Positions 9,386 to 21,268 of a stretch of 23,027 bases of DNA are shown here, piece by piece; the stretch's first letter is position 1, and each line of letters opens with the position of its first letter. The notes beneath the pieces are model-generated. The model was not told the DNA's origin. It was given only the letters and a program-made list of their open reading frames with translations, and ran no database searches. The translations under genes and the position numbers were made by a program. The stretch covers positions 62,001-85,027 of the forward strand of contig JAPEUI010000078.1 of the NCBI GenBank assembly GCA_026025075.1. Reading direction: 5' to 3'. The DNA comes from Vezdaea acicularis. Its lineage: Eukaryota.

Positions 9386-12300
9386 TCAATGATTTTTCGC
9401 CGTCCCCTGCGTGATTGTCTGCCCGCTCTGATCGCTATCATTTCTCATGAACCTACTCTCGGCGAAGCGCGAGCGCGAGCTTTTCGACGGCGGGCCGAGC
9501 ATCGAGCCTACGATGCTCTCTGGGTTGCTAGAGGGCGTGCTGCCTGCCGGCGTGCGAGTAGGATGCGGTACGGTGAGGGAGTTGAGGAGATTAGGGGGCG
9601 AGCCAGTAAGCTCTGTTTCCTCGTGGAGCTTGTGAATGTTTGCTTCGGTGAGAGCGGCGAGTGGCTCGCCCTGGTCTACTGGGGAGGTGGGCAGCGGTCC
9701 GGAGACGGACATTCTGGGATCGCTCGCAGCTAGTAGTTTGTCATCGCGTAGAAGCGTTGCTTTCTCTTCGGCTTCGATTCTACGCATACCCCTGTCGCCT
9801 TCGCACTCTGTGCCAGGGAGAGCGGTGGAATTCGCTAGTCGTAGGGATCTTTTATCGTTTGACTCGTTGGGTCTGCCAGGATCTGCTGTTCCCTCTGGAA
9901 GCTTTGGACCGCCAGGCTCGTCGCACCATGAAGAGTTGTGCTCGGTAGTCTCTGGAATATCTGGAAGCCGTTCATGCCGCTTTTGTGCTTCAAGGACCCA
10001 TTTGACAAGCATCCTCTCGAGAAGCTTGGGCTTGACAGGTTTGGCCATATAATCGTCCATTCCGGCGCTTTCACATTTCTCTCGATCGCCTTGGATAGCT
10101 GAGGCTGTCATAGCGACGATCGGGATGGCTCGTATTTCGGGAATATTTGAGTGAGGCGGGTGGTGTTTTATTAAGTGAGTGGCCTGATAACCATCGATGA
10201 TTGGCATTTGTACGTCCATTAAGATTACATCAGGCCGAGGATGGGAGGGAGTTGGTTCTTTTAGGAGGTAGCTGCATAGAGTCAGTTTGGCAAACTTAGT
10301 AACAAGGTAAACCTCTTACTTGAGAGCTTCTTGCCCATTCCAGACAGCATTGACTGAAAAGTGCAATTTCTTTATTGTCTTGAGTGCAATCTGCTGATTG
10401 ATAGCACTAACACAAATCAGCTTGTTGGTCAGGGAATAGAGCGAGTTTACTCACTTATCTTCCACAACAAGGATATGAATTTTCTCCCTCGCAGATATAG
10501 GGAGAATTTCGAGATCGCCGCTATGGGCGCCAATGTTTACCACGAAGTCTGTTAGTGTACTCGGTACCGGAACTTCATTGGAAAGCTGAGAATGTGATCT
10601 GGCACCAGACTGAGATTTAGTTGCTACAGGGGCATCCGCTGGGCTCTGAGGCGGTGTTGAAGATATATGGGCATGATCAGAACTACTGCAAGAAACAGAC
10701 ATTTCAGATTGCAGCCTGTCAGGAAGGGACCCAATATCAACTAGAGGTGAGTTTCCGTCATGGCAATTAGGCTCGTTAAAAGGTATCGTAAACCATGCCT
10801 GCATCCATAGTCAGAACAGAGCCGGAAAGGACGCCTCATCCTCTACGAGAAAGGGAGTAGTACCTTAGTTCCAGAGCCGAGGCTGGAGTCTAGTCCGATC
10901 TTGCCGTGCATTAGATCGACCAACTATTACATGTCAGTGGATCCCTATGTTGAATCTATCTCAAAGCCTACATTTTTACAGATCGTAAGACCTAAGCCTG
11001 TACCACCGAAACGCCGAGCTGTTGAGCTATCGGCTTGACTGAAGGGTTTGAAAAGACGCTTGCGGACTTCTTCCTCAATGCCAATCCCCGTATCTTCAAC
11101 GCCGAACCGTACGTTGATCACATTATTTAGCGCCGGAGCAGCCTTGACAGCCAGTCTCACGTGGCCCTCCGATGTGAACTTGATGCTGTTCGTTAAGAGG
11201 TTCGTAAGAATCTGTCGAACGCGGCCAGGATCTCCCATGATGATCAGCTCTTTTCTGGAACCCATGTCTATATCGCTTTGAAAAGTCAGACCCTTACGTT
11301 CCGCAGCAAACCGGAGCATCTTGTTGACATCTTCGATCACGACTGAAAGGCTAAACGGCACCTCCTCGACGGCGAGATTTCCAGACTCTATCTTTGAGAA
11401 ATCGAGGATGTCGTTGATCACAGTCAATAAAGCATTGGCGGATCTTTGAATGTTCTCAGCACATTCTTGTTGGTCCTGGTCAAGATGTGTATCAAGCAAG
11501 AGATCGCTCATTCCAATAACACCAGCGATAGGCGTCCGTATCTCGTGAGACATGTTGGCTAGGAATTGACTTTTTAGTCGACTTGCTTCTTTTGCAGCTG
11601 CTTCGTTTGCGAGCAGTCGGGTGTTTTCCATCTCTTGCGTGTGTAGGTCTCTTTCGCGATCCTTCAGTTCCGTGACGTCCATCGACACTGCGATGGCCCC
11701 GTCAATATAGTCATCCTCCATCCTTCCACCTTCGCCTTTCTTGCCTAAGATTGGTACGAAACGTGTCCGATACCACCGATTGTCGATTGAAAACTCCCGA
11801 ACATCCTCTTTCGTCTTACCGCTTAATATTTCGTCCAGGGGCGTAATAGCGCTGAGGCAGGACAACTTATCTTTGTGTTTATGCAGGAAGACATCGTACA
11901 CGTTTTTACCGAGGAATTGATACGGTATCTTTCCATCTTCTTCGCAGAGACCAAGATCCCAAAGAAATCGGCCTTGTAACAGTGTCAAATTCTTGTCCCG
12001 ATCCACTGCCCACAGAGTGACTTGAGCATGCGCAATTACTTTCAGCAATTGCTCACGAAGGCGCTTTGCCTCTTGTCGAGCTAAAACAACATCGTGGATA
12101 TCAGTGCAAGTGCCGAACCATCTAATAATCTTCCCGCTCCTGACATCTCGTTGAGGAAGTGCTCGACCGAGCATCCAACGCCACTCTCCATCATATTTCC
12201 GACATCTGTATTCGGTGTTGTACTCATCCCCGGTGGCCAGACTATGCTCCCACCGCTTGCCGGTCTCGACCATATCATCAGGATGGAATGGTAGTTGCCA

Positions 12301-14001
12301 TCCGTGACCCACAGATTCTTCCACTGAAAGCCCTGTATAATCGTACCATCTTTGGGAGAACCATTCATGGAGGCCCTCGGGTGTCGTAGTCCAAACTATT
12401 TGCGGCAAGCTATTGCAGATAGTTTGAAACCTTTCCTCGCTCTCTTCATGTTGAATTGCGATCTTTTCGGTATATTCAGTGACATCTCCGAACCAGACGA
12501 GGCCAGCTAAGAACTCTCCCGTCTTCTCATCCTTAATGCATTCGCCGCTGACGGCATAGTTGACGTGCTTCCCTGATATACGACACTTGACCCCATATTT
12601 TCTATTGGTAAAAGGTTCCTGGGTACGGCAGATCTCTACTATGGGATACTCCTCGGGATCAAGCTGGCGTGTAAAATCCTCATTCCAGATTTGGAAGCGT
12701 GCAACGAGGTCATAGCTATCCTTTGACGTAGGATCGATATCACGAACTAACAGTTGACGACCAGCACGGTTTGAAAGAGCTACACTTTCGTCTTTCCACA
12801 TCACAAATACTGGGATATCCATAGCGTCAAGCATAGCATCTTTCATCCTTGTGATCTTCTGTAGTACGCTTGGAGCCGATGCTACGTTTGATTTTGGTGG
12901 AGGCCCCAGTGGTAGGAGGGAGGTAGGCGACAATGGCCCATCTCTGGGTGACGAGAAGGCTAAAGACGTAGAGGAGGTAGAGCTTCCACAGTGCATGCAG
13001 CGGTTTGGTTCGCTTGTGGTCGGACTCGACGAGGAGCTTGGTGTGAAAGAAGATCTGGGTGTCCTTGACATGGCTCTCGATTGTGACCGAGATGTAGTGG
13101 GCGACCTTTGATGTTGACTAGTAAACGTTAAAGTATAGTAGCGTTGATTATCCGCCATCCATATGGAAATGATCATTCGAGCTTGAACCTGGCGATCCGA
13201 GGAAGATGATTTATGGCTTCTCGATGAAGATTCTGCAGGTTCAACATCTTGCGATGTAAGCACGACATTGGCAACAGCATCATGAACAACCGCACGTTTT
13301 CTTGGCTGCGGGGAGCTGTCCTTCTGATTGGTGTTTCCATCCAGTTCTTCACCACCTCTCATTCTGAGTCCCGACCCTTGCGCACTTTCATCCATCTGAC
13401 TATCTCCACTATCCTTTGTAGTCAAGGGTAATGCTGATGGGGTCGTGGAGCCTTTTCTCGAATCGTCCAAGTTTTCGTCTCCGTTCTGAACCAAGGAACC
13501 ATTACGATCCATCTCATCTGCTAAGCGGTCGAGAAATACCTCCCAAGTAACCCAGACTGGTTGTCCGTCCTGCAACATGTCGATCCCAATCTGAGATAGA
13601 GATTGACCGCGTAAGACGTCGGTCACAGTCTTATCCTCGCTGCCTCCTTCATTTCTCAGCGCGCCGGAGACATCTAAACCTAATAATCTACCCATCGCCT
13701 CGTTCCCTAGAATCACTGTCTTTAGCGACGATAAGACTAGTATGGGTGTGGGTAAGTATTGGAGAACCGCAAGGGCCATCTCCGTTCCTGTTGATTGCTT
13801 AGGTATTCGAACGGACAGGGACTCGGAGTTGTTCTTGTGCGATCTCGGGCGCTCCTCGGAAGCTGTCCCTCTATCGGGTTTTCCTGTCGCCATGGAGGCC
13901 CCATCGAGCTCGACGGAGGATGTTGTATGAGACTCCAACCCTTCAATGTGACCGAAGTCGAACATATGTGATATGCCATTTGGAACCGGAGGGCTCGTCA
14001 T
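9386..14001 (-). CDS. Hybrid sensor histidine kinase with PAS/PAC domains, HisKA, HATPase_c and receiver; probably fungal group V (Hhk2/PhkB-like) (1468 aa, 5 exons)
   Basis: Exons 14001-10972, 10923-10864, 10798-10455, 10406-10320 and 10271-9386 (4407 nt, in frame); four GT-AG introns of 48, 65, 48 and 48 nt. H-box SQFLANMSHEIRTP, N-box RQILTNLLTNSIKFT, G1 VEDTGIGI, F/G2 LFKPFSQADSSTARRFGGTGLGL. Receiver ILVVEDN..VILMDVQMP..AMTA..MAKP. PAS-PAC WYDYTG..FHPDD..YRCRKYDGEWRW. No obvious transmembrane segment. The group assignment is an inference from architecture. Confidence 0.95.
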
Positions 14002-14014
14002 GACCGTAGGAAAG

Positions 14015-14044
14015 TCAACAATATCTGTTTGGGGCCGCTTGCAT
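14015..14044 (-). promoter_or_regulatory. Short uORF (MQAAPNRYC) in front of the histidine kinase start
   Basis: ATG at 14044 and TGA at 14017-14015, ending 13 nt before the main ATG at 14001. Its inclusion in the mRNA is inferred from proximity. Confidence 0.4.
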
Positions 14045-14614
14045 CCGGCGACCTGGGTTGGAAGGCAAACGATGTGAAAATGGGGTTGTGCGAACTATCG
14101 GGTCCGAGATCAACTATAGACAAATAATGAGGCAGTCTTGAGCTTCACGCGCTATATGCCGTGGAATAGTAGGGAACCATAATGCATAATACGGCTTTCC
14201 CTGGGGGGTTTCCCTGGCTTCTGGAACAGCTCAGTCGCTGGCTTGGGCGTTGTCGCCGCGAATTTTGCAGCACTGGCTCTGGACCCTTGTTCGATCTGCA
14301 ACGAGCGCGGGCGCTGTAGCGGCCGGCGACGGTCTAGATTCACTTGGACCGGGGCCACTGTAGACCTCCCGCTCAATAAATCACGAACCACCTGCATCGC
14401 TTAAAGATGCTAATAGTTAGCCGGAGCTATTTAGTGATAATGATCAGTTTCTCCTATGTTAAGATGTGATTTAACAAATTCCCTGTTTTCTATTTCGATC
14501 AAGGGTGATGTCAGTGGCACCAGCGATCGCAACAAAAGACCTCAGATCAAGCTAGGCAACACATTAATTCGAAGGAAAATGGGTGATTAAGTGCTGATAA
14601 TATCTCCATACCAC

Positions 14615-15506
14615 TCATAGCTTCCTCGCAACGGCCCTCAACCGCACATATCCTAGCCACATAGAGCCATCTTCAACCCTCGTCAAGATGTCCTTCAATA
14701 CCACAAGTACGAACTCTACTGCCCTTTCCTTCTGCCGAGCATTCTCCAGGACGTTCAGGACCTCCACGCCCATGAGCCTTACCCATCCCTCGAGGCCTCC
14801 CTTCTTGTCGTCCGTAAGGCGTGTAGGCCGATACTCCAGCTCCAGCTTCTCGACTTCAAACCCTACCTCATCTAACATCCCCTTCATCCAATTTTCGCTG
14901 GGAAAGAACCATGGACATGCCTCCCTAGCCTTCCAAACAGGGACCCCCTGAGCGGCGACTGCAGCGGTAAGAGCTGTATTTACCTCCGCGACATTACCGG
15001 CGCCTCCCATTTCAAACACGAGCTTACCGCCAGCCTTCAACATCTTCGCCGAGTTCTCAAAAACACCTTTGCGCGTGCTTGGGTTGCGTAGTATCCAATG
15101 GAGCGCTGCATTCGAGAAAATCTTGTCAAACTTGCCAATGTTTTCTGAGGCTCGCTTTCCTAGGTCAGTGCAATCTTCGGCATGGAAGGTGCAATTCTCT
15201 TGGCTTGAGAACTTGGCCTTCGCGGTAGCGATCATCGACTCAGAGCTGTCAAGTCCAACGACCGACTTGGCCGTATGAGCAATCTCGGCAGTCAAAGGAC
15301 CGTCACCGCATCCAAGATCGAGGATGATCTCGTGCGGTTGAGGGTCGAGATATTGCATGACTTTGGTAGCAAGTTTGGGGACAAATGCAGCCGAGGCTCG
15401 ATAAGCCTATTGATAATTTCAACTATTAAAGGCTGCAATCGGTAGATATTAAGGAATAGCATGCCTCTGAAGACCAGTTATCTTTGGAAGCTTCCGTGAA
15501 TGCCAT
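14615..15506 (-). CDS. Class I SAM-dependent methyltransferase, trans-aconitate methyltransferase-like small-molecule family (277 aa, 2 exons)
   Basis: Exons 15506-15465 (MAFTEASKDNWSSE) and 15406-14615 (AYRASAAFVPKLATKVMQYLDP...). Motif I ILDLGCGDG, post-I VVGLDSS, motif II FDKIFSNAALHW, motif III LKAGGKLVFEMGG. Substrate unknown. Confidence 0.9.
15407..15464 (-). other. Non-canonical GC-AG spliceosomal intron (58 nt)
   Basis: Junctions GAG|gcatgc...caatag|GCT. No consensus GT donor is available nearby, and the splice gives an in-frame WSSE|AY N-terminus. Confidence 0.7.
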
Positions 15507-15947
15507 TTCGAGATGAAATGATTCACAAGTGGTATTAGATGAGACTGCTCGAATTTCAGAATTCGCGAATGGCTCAGAAGATTTGTCAATGAAACGAGTG
15601 GAGTTGATGCTTGAAGGTAGAAGTGGTGGATAGGAAGGTGGTAGTTGTTGTTTATACCCCTAACCACTTGCCGATATCGGAGCCGAATGGAGAACTAGCT
15701 GACCAAGGCTTATAGCACTATTGATAGGTCAAAGAAAAAACTGGAAAATGGCGAGATGCAGTGAATGGAACAAATATGACTAAAGTGCTGCAATGGTATG
15801 CCTTTCCGACTGATGACTCCATAGGTGGCGCACAAAGGTTTGTCGCCAAGCGCAAACAATCGCCCATTCAAAACACGGCTACCTGCCACATATCGCGCCT
15901 CCCTTAATTCCATTTCTAAATCTCAATTGAAAGTCTGTTCAGACCGT

Positions 15948-18235
15948 TCAATAGCTTCCCACCGGGCCAATGTACGCCTCATAGCCACTAGATGCTCCAC
16001 TCGTACTTGTACTGGGGCTCGCGAGCCCGGACGCATTAACGCCTGTATCCATCGCAAAAGGCTCCATACCCTCCGCTCTAAACGGAGAAAACTCAAAAGA
16101 AGATTTTGGCGCATCTGTCATAGGGTAATCCTGACTTCCGTCTCCTGACGAGCTGTGCGACGCGAGATATGTTGCAAGCAGCGGCTTCTCCACTGTCTTC
16201 AGCAGGGAGGTCGCCGCATCCAGATTTGCAACGGCGTAGTCCATGAAATCCGCGTCTTTGCTGCTCACTCGCAATGTCCATTTGTACTCGTTCAGTCGGA
16301 GTTTGTAGAAGTCGGCTTCTTCCTTGCCCGGCGCGGTAGCCCATAGCAAGCTTCCGAAAGTGCCGATCAACGTGAAATTCACCTTGGATGCAAAATACCA
16401 AAACGATTTAAGATGTTCAGGTTTCAATCGATTGACGAAGTCCATAGCGGAGATGAGCCGTGTTTTAGCCGCAGAGCGGCAGATGTGGATCAAATAAGGA
16501 TCTGTTGTCTTTGGATCCAAAGATCGAACAATTCGTCTGTGAAGGGTTATTTCTGTAGCGAAATACGCTAAATGCAGATAGCCTTATATTGCGATGTTAG
16601 ATTGTCTTTTTTTGGAGCACGAAAAGAAAGCAATCACGAACCTATAGATGAAACTTTTCGATCGGTAGATATGCTGTCCATCCGTAGACAAGCGGGAAGT
16701 CGTGCAAACCATTCTCGTAACTTGATCTGTACCGGCTTTGCTCTCTCGAGAATAAGTCGCGTTGCGTTCTTACCCTGATCCTCAATCTCTGAGCTGGCTT
16801 TTTGCGTGAAGAAGGTATCCAGTACTTCCGAAAGAATGTCCGTGAGTGCGACCATCTGTGTAAACAGTAGGCGTCCATCATTGTCTTCACCAGTATCATC
16901 TCCAATATCACTTTCGGGAAAGTCGCTTTCTACCAAAGGTCTCACGGCCCAGTCCGTTTTACCCAGATGTGACGGTCTTCCATGAACAAGAGAGCTCCAT
17001 TTATCTTGGACGAAGAGAGCCCATGCCAAGCGCCTTCGAAGACCACGCTCCCAAGGAGGTATCGCCCAATCGGAACAATCGGCATGTAGTGCAAGCTCTT
17101 GACTGATTGCTACTACTTGCGCGGTTAGGAGCCAGGAGTCTCCACCAGGTCTTTGTAGTAGTAGCAACCCTGCTTGCACTGTTGACAGCCGGGGTCGATA
17201 CACCGCATCACCCAAAGACTTCATGGCCAGCTTTTCTAAGGCCTTAATGTCCGGCGGGTGCTGTGATACAAGTTCTGTTTTGAATGACCACCACCTCAGA
17301 GCCAGAACGTATACGGCGGCGAGGAGGGCTGGCGCAAACTCTCGGTATGATCTCGTATACATTTGCAGAAACACGTCCTTATGGAGTATAGGGAGGCTAG
17401 GATGAACAATCTCAAAATAGATTTCGACGAGAGCACGCCCGTGACTGCCTACAATGTTCTGTATAGCATCGAGATCTCTTGCTTCTTCCTCGAACTTCTC
17501 CGTGCCCTCATCATCTCTCATTAAAAAGGTGTCATGGTCGCTGACCTTCCGAAGTGTCCCTCTGAACAAGGAATTCTCGTCCTTCTCGTTCAGCGGTAGA
17601 AGTTCCACAAGACATGGCTCAAACTCGGTGGTCCATCCGACATATTGACTATGTCGATTCTTTTGTAATCCAAGAGTCTTCTTTAGGGAGGGAGGGTCAT
17701 GTGCTGCAACACCTTTCTCGATTGCATTCTCCGTCTTCACAAGTGAGGCAGATATGGAGCCCTTGATAGCCCGTGCGGATGATCCCTCAAGATCTGGCGA
17801 TCTACACTCCATACGAGATTTAGCGGCCAGCACCCAAACACGCCCAAACCCAAGCCAAACTCACTTGCGCTTCGAGATCTCACCCTCAAGAGTCCCACTG
17901 TTCATCCGCTTCTTTCTTGGAAGGGGAAGCTCCACGTATGTACAATCCTGGTTGTGAAACTTGCACAGCACACACATCTGGGTGCCCTCGGTGAGCACAC
18001 ATCGACTTTTTCTCTTACGACAGGCGTCACATGGTCTGTCTCTCCGAGGCTTCGTCGCACTTGTAGCACCCATTTCCGCCGCGTTATCGGCTATCGAAGG
18101 AGGCATAGGAGCGTCCGGTCGCGCTGTGTCGGAAGATTCTGAAAGCTTGCGCGTAGAAGGAAGGCAGGCGGCGGCTATTGGAACGGGGGTACGTCCGGAG
18201 GGAAAGGATAGAGACCGAGCGGTGAGGGCCGTCAT
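15948..18235 (-). CDS. tamA: Zn(II)2Cys6 transcription factor TamA/Dal81, nitrogen co-activator (up to 721 aa, 3 exons)
   Basis: Exons 18235-17865, 17801-16642 and 16582-15948 (2166 nt, in frame). Introns 17864-17802 (GTGAGT..TAG) and 16641-16583 (GTTCGT..CTAAC..AAG). Zinc cluster RPCDACRKRKSRC..CVLCKFHNQDC, middle homology region IPPWERGLRRRLAWALFVQDKWSSLVHGRPSH, and Dal81/TamA-type blocks GYLHLAYFATEITLHRRI and FWYFASKVNFTLIGTFGSLL. The true start could be 18106 or 18073. Confidence 0.88.
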
Positions 18236-18246
18236 AATTGATTCAT
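18232..18246 (-). promoter_or_regulatory. 4-codon uORF (MNQL) whose stop overlaps the first tamA ATG
   Basis: The minus strand reads aga ATG AAT CAA TTA TGA; TGA 18234-18232 overlaps ATG 18235-18233 (ATGA). Confidence 0.4.
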
Positions 18247-21200
18247 TCTATATTCTAGGACGCGACACGGCAACGTCAGGATCAAAGAACTCGACCCCAC
18301 GAGTCCGAGCGTAAGCTTACCTCTCTATTTGAGCTGGCCCCAGAGATACGATTGATAATTCTTAAGACCCCACGGAGGTATTGATAGGTCCCACTCTCTT
18401 TTACGAAAGCAATTCGTCGCTGAGTGGTCGTTCGTCAAATATTTAGCGGCACGAGATCACGGCCACAGCGAATGCAGTGCACCCTTAACGGATATGTCGC
18501 AGTGATCCACGGTCCCCGGAACGACAGGATGCAAGAATGGGGCTTATCTACCAGCAGATTACAATCCAATAGCGGGAAACAGTTGTTCCCAAAGTGGAAG
18601 GTTCAAAGACATCCCGATATCTTTCAGCTAATGATTCGACCACGCTGAGTTCGGAGAGAATTCAAAGTCTGTGAGAACAGGGCGAGACATCGAATAAGAA
18701 TTGGTGTTGTCGACGAAATGTTTACTCGGGATGCGGTGAGCTTATCGTAAGGCCCCTTCAGATCCACAATGCACATAAGGCTAAGTATGACATCGAGCGT
18801 GGGGATATGCACATGATCGAGGCAGTGGCATTGCAAAATCGGGTCACTCTCCACGAAGATCCCGACGGCGGTGGCGGCCATGTTTCCCCAGGACGTCTTG
18901 CGTACCAGGTCGCGTGGGCCTGCTAAGAGGCGTTAAAGTCGTGCCGAAGGGACTCTAACGTCTCGGTGGTGTACGAAGTAGGAAAAGTATGCGCTTTGCG
19001 GTGGCATCTGGTGCACAGACAGCATGACCTAGCTCTGTCAGGGCGCAGGAACCATGTTTCTAAACGTAAAGCGAAAAGCCCTCGACCAGTCGCAACGGCG
19101 GAGGAGCTGCGATGAGCTAAGCCATCGGCACATTCCACACGATAAGCGGGAGAAGTAGATAAGCCGTCGCGGCCAATTATGCGCTTTGATTACGAACAGG
19201 AAAGTTTCGTCTTCACGATCCATAACGGCCTCGAGAAGCACCATCCGGTACATCTCGGCCATCGAAAACTCGATCTTGAATGCATGATAGGATCAATAAC
19301 TGTGGAGCCCTTCATGCGCTCACCGGACCGACCGAAAATATCGTAAGAATCTCCGTGGCGGAAATGAGGCTTCTTCCGCCCTCCGCTCCTCTTCCGGAAT
19401 GGACCCGAGGTCTACCATTTGAGGAGGGAAACATGGGAGTGCCTACTCAAGCTTGACTTAGTCAAGCATGCACAGCTAGAAAGCCAGCTAGCACCAAGGG
19501 CCGCCAATTTGTGTGTTACGTCTCCAGCATGTCGGTAACCCATCGTTCTTTCTGGCTTGAAGAAGCAAAGCCACTCAAAGAGCTGCAAAAGGTTCTGTTG
19601 TATCATAGGCTATTTGACCGCCGGATGTGTCCCAGCCTGTGAGATCTCTTGAACAACGTTGCGGAAAGACGCACGCGTATTGATGGATCCATGATATCTA
19701 GCATCTTGGCTTGATCTTGAACCTTTCTTCCATATCTTTGAAAAATAGCCTTGCAGTCGAACACGCGACCACAAGAACTTGACCCTGGCTAGCTGCGAGA
19801 GACCGAAAAGAGTCGACGCTCTGCGTAGTTCTAGGAGCCGATTTGATCACCATTTAGGCAGAAACCTCTGGAGGCGAATTCAAAGTTCTCGGCCACATTG
19901 AGTAGGTCCATCTTAATTTCCTTATGGACGCCTTCTACTGCCGCCTTCTATTGCTCGACGCCAGAAGCTTCAGAAGGAGTCAGAACCCGTACTTGCGATG
20001 CGCGAGAATAGGTCATTTGGCGTGGGCTGGCCGACCCGCAATACTGTTCCAGGCGTTGAAGACGAGGATAGTCTTGTGCCGTCCGATCTGGCGCGGCCAA
20101 ATCTTAGTCAGGGTGGTAAATAGAAAGAGCGAGCCTGCGAGGGACCATCTTGAAGCAAGGTTTCATTGCGATGTAAGATATGTAAAAAGTGTGCAATTCT
20201 GAACAAACGGGAAGAGACGAAGTTAGGAGAAGAGGTGCCGCCGAAGTAGTGCAATGGTAGGAACGGTGCAAAGGTAATTTTGTCATAAACTTCATTTGGC
20301 GCAGACATCTCTAGATGAGTAAGTCTGATGTCTGTTGCTTCAGAATTGTTCCATCTTAACAAAACACCTTCCTCGGCTCTCCCACAAAAGTATGCCCCCA
20401 ATGCGTCTGCTATTGACAAAAAAGTCCGAGCTATCCTAGGGCAGAATTGAGAAAGTGATGGATAATTTACTTGAACTTTTGCAATATGTCCTTCGGTACC
20501 TTTCCTGCTTCTGAGTGTCGTGGTCCCGATGTTCTACAACAGCATTCGTTGCCTTATTTCTATAAAAGCAGTGTAGCGCGCTGATTGGCTTAGCGCGGGA
20601 CAGGGATAGAGACGAGCGTGGCGCATTTAAGCTCATGCTCCCCCTTGGTTGGCCGCAACTTTCCCGCGCCGCCCCAAATCCAGGGGCGCAGGGACCATCT
20701 CAACCCGCGAATCCGACTCGCTACACAACCGCGATGGCCAAGGAGTGGTCTTTCGTGGTAAATGAGCCTCGAGACCAAGGGTCCTCCTTGAGGCCCGGTT
20801 GGCTTGACTGTCCTCCATACGTCGACGCTGCGGACCAAGATGCTCGCTGGTCAGGGGCATTCTCGCCGAAAATTGACGGCTTGGCGTTGCTGCTTCAATA
20901 GCCGTTCGGGGCTTGAACTACGGTTGGCGCCCTCTATGATCGGTGGCGTAGCTTACTCACCTCGTACTATCGCTACGGTAGACGGGTCTCTGGTGTGATT
21001 GGCATGTCTCCCTGGGCAGTTGCGTCCTGCAACTTTCCCCGCCCTGTCGGCTTCCTTCCCTGTCCACCAATGAATGGGCATAATGAGCGACAGCAATCTT
21101 CCATGATCCCATAGGAGAAGAAAGGATAAGAACAATGCCTCTCAGGAGAAGCAGCTATGGGGGTTTATCCCAGGCTGCTTGCTCGTTGCAGTCGAAGACA

Positions 21201-21268
21201 GATGGGTTCTTTACGTCGACGCAGAGTTTATTGAACTCTGAAAGAAGGTTTGAAACGAACGGTTCGCC

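Noticed and set aside
10272..10971. Three histidine kinase introns of exactly 48 nt (introner-like?)
   Set aside because: The sequences are not similar to each other, and the length is close to the other introns here (51-68 nt).
14196..14217. Direct repeat TTTCCCTGG x2 upstream of the kinase
   Set aside because: Only 9 bp and two copies, with no motif I can assign; plausible by chance.
17833..17860. CCAAAC repeated three times, superficially telomere-like or G4-like
   Set aside because: A short degenerate repeat inside tamA intron 1; it is not TTAGGG and has only three GGG runs.
9374..18314. Many short ORFs overlapping the kinase, methyltransferase and tamA
   Set aside because: Alternate-frame or antisense shadows of well-supported spliced genes.
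19451..19467. Perfect inverted repeat GCTTGACT-T-AGTCAAGC
   Set aside because: 8-bp arms are expected about once by chance in 23 kb; no associated element ends.
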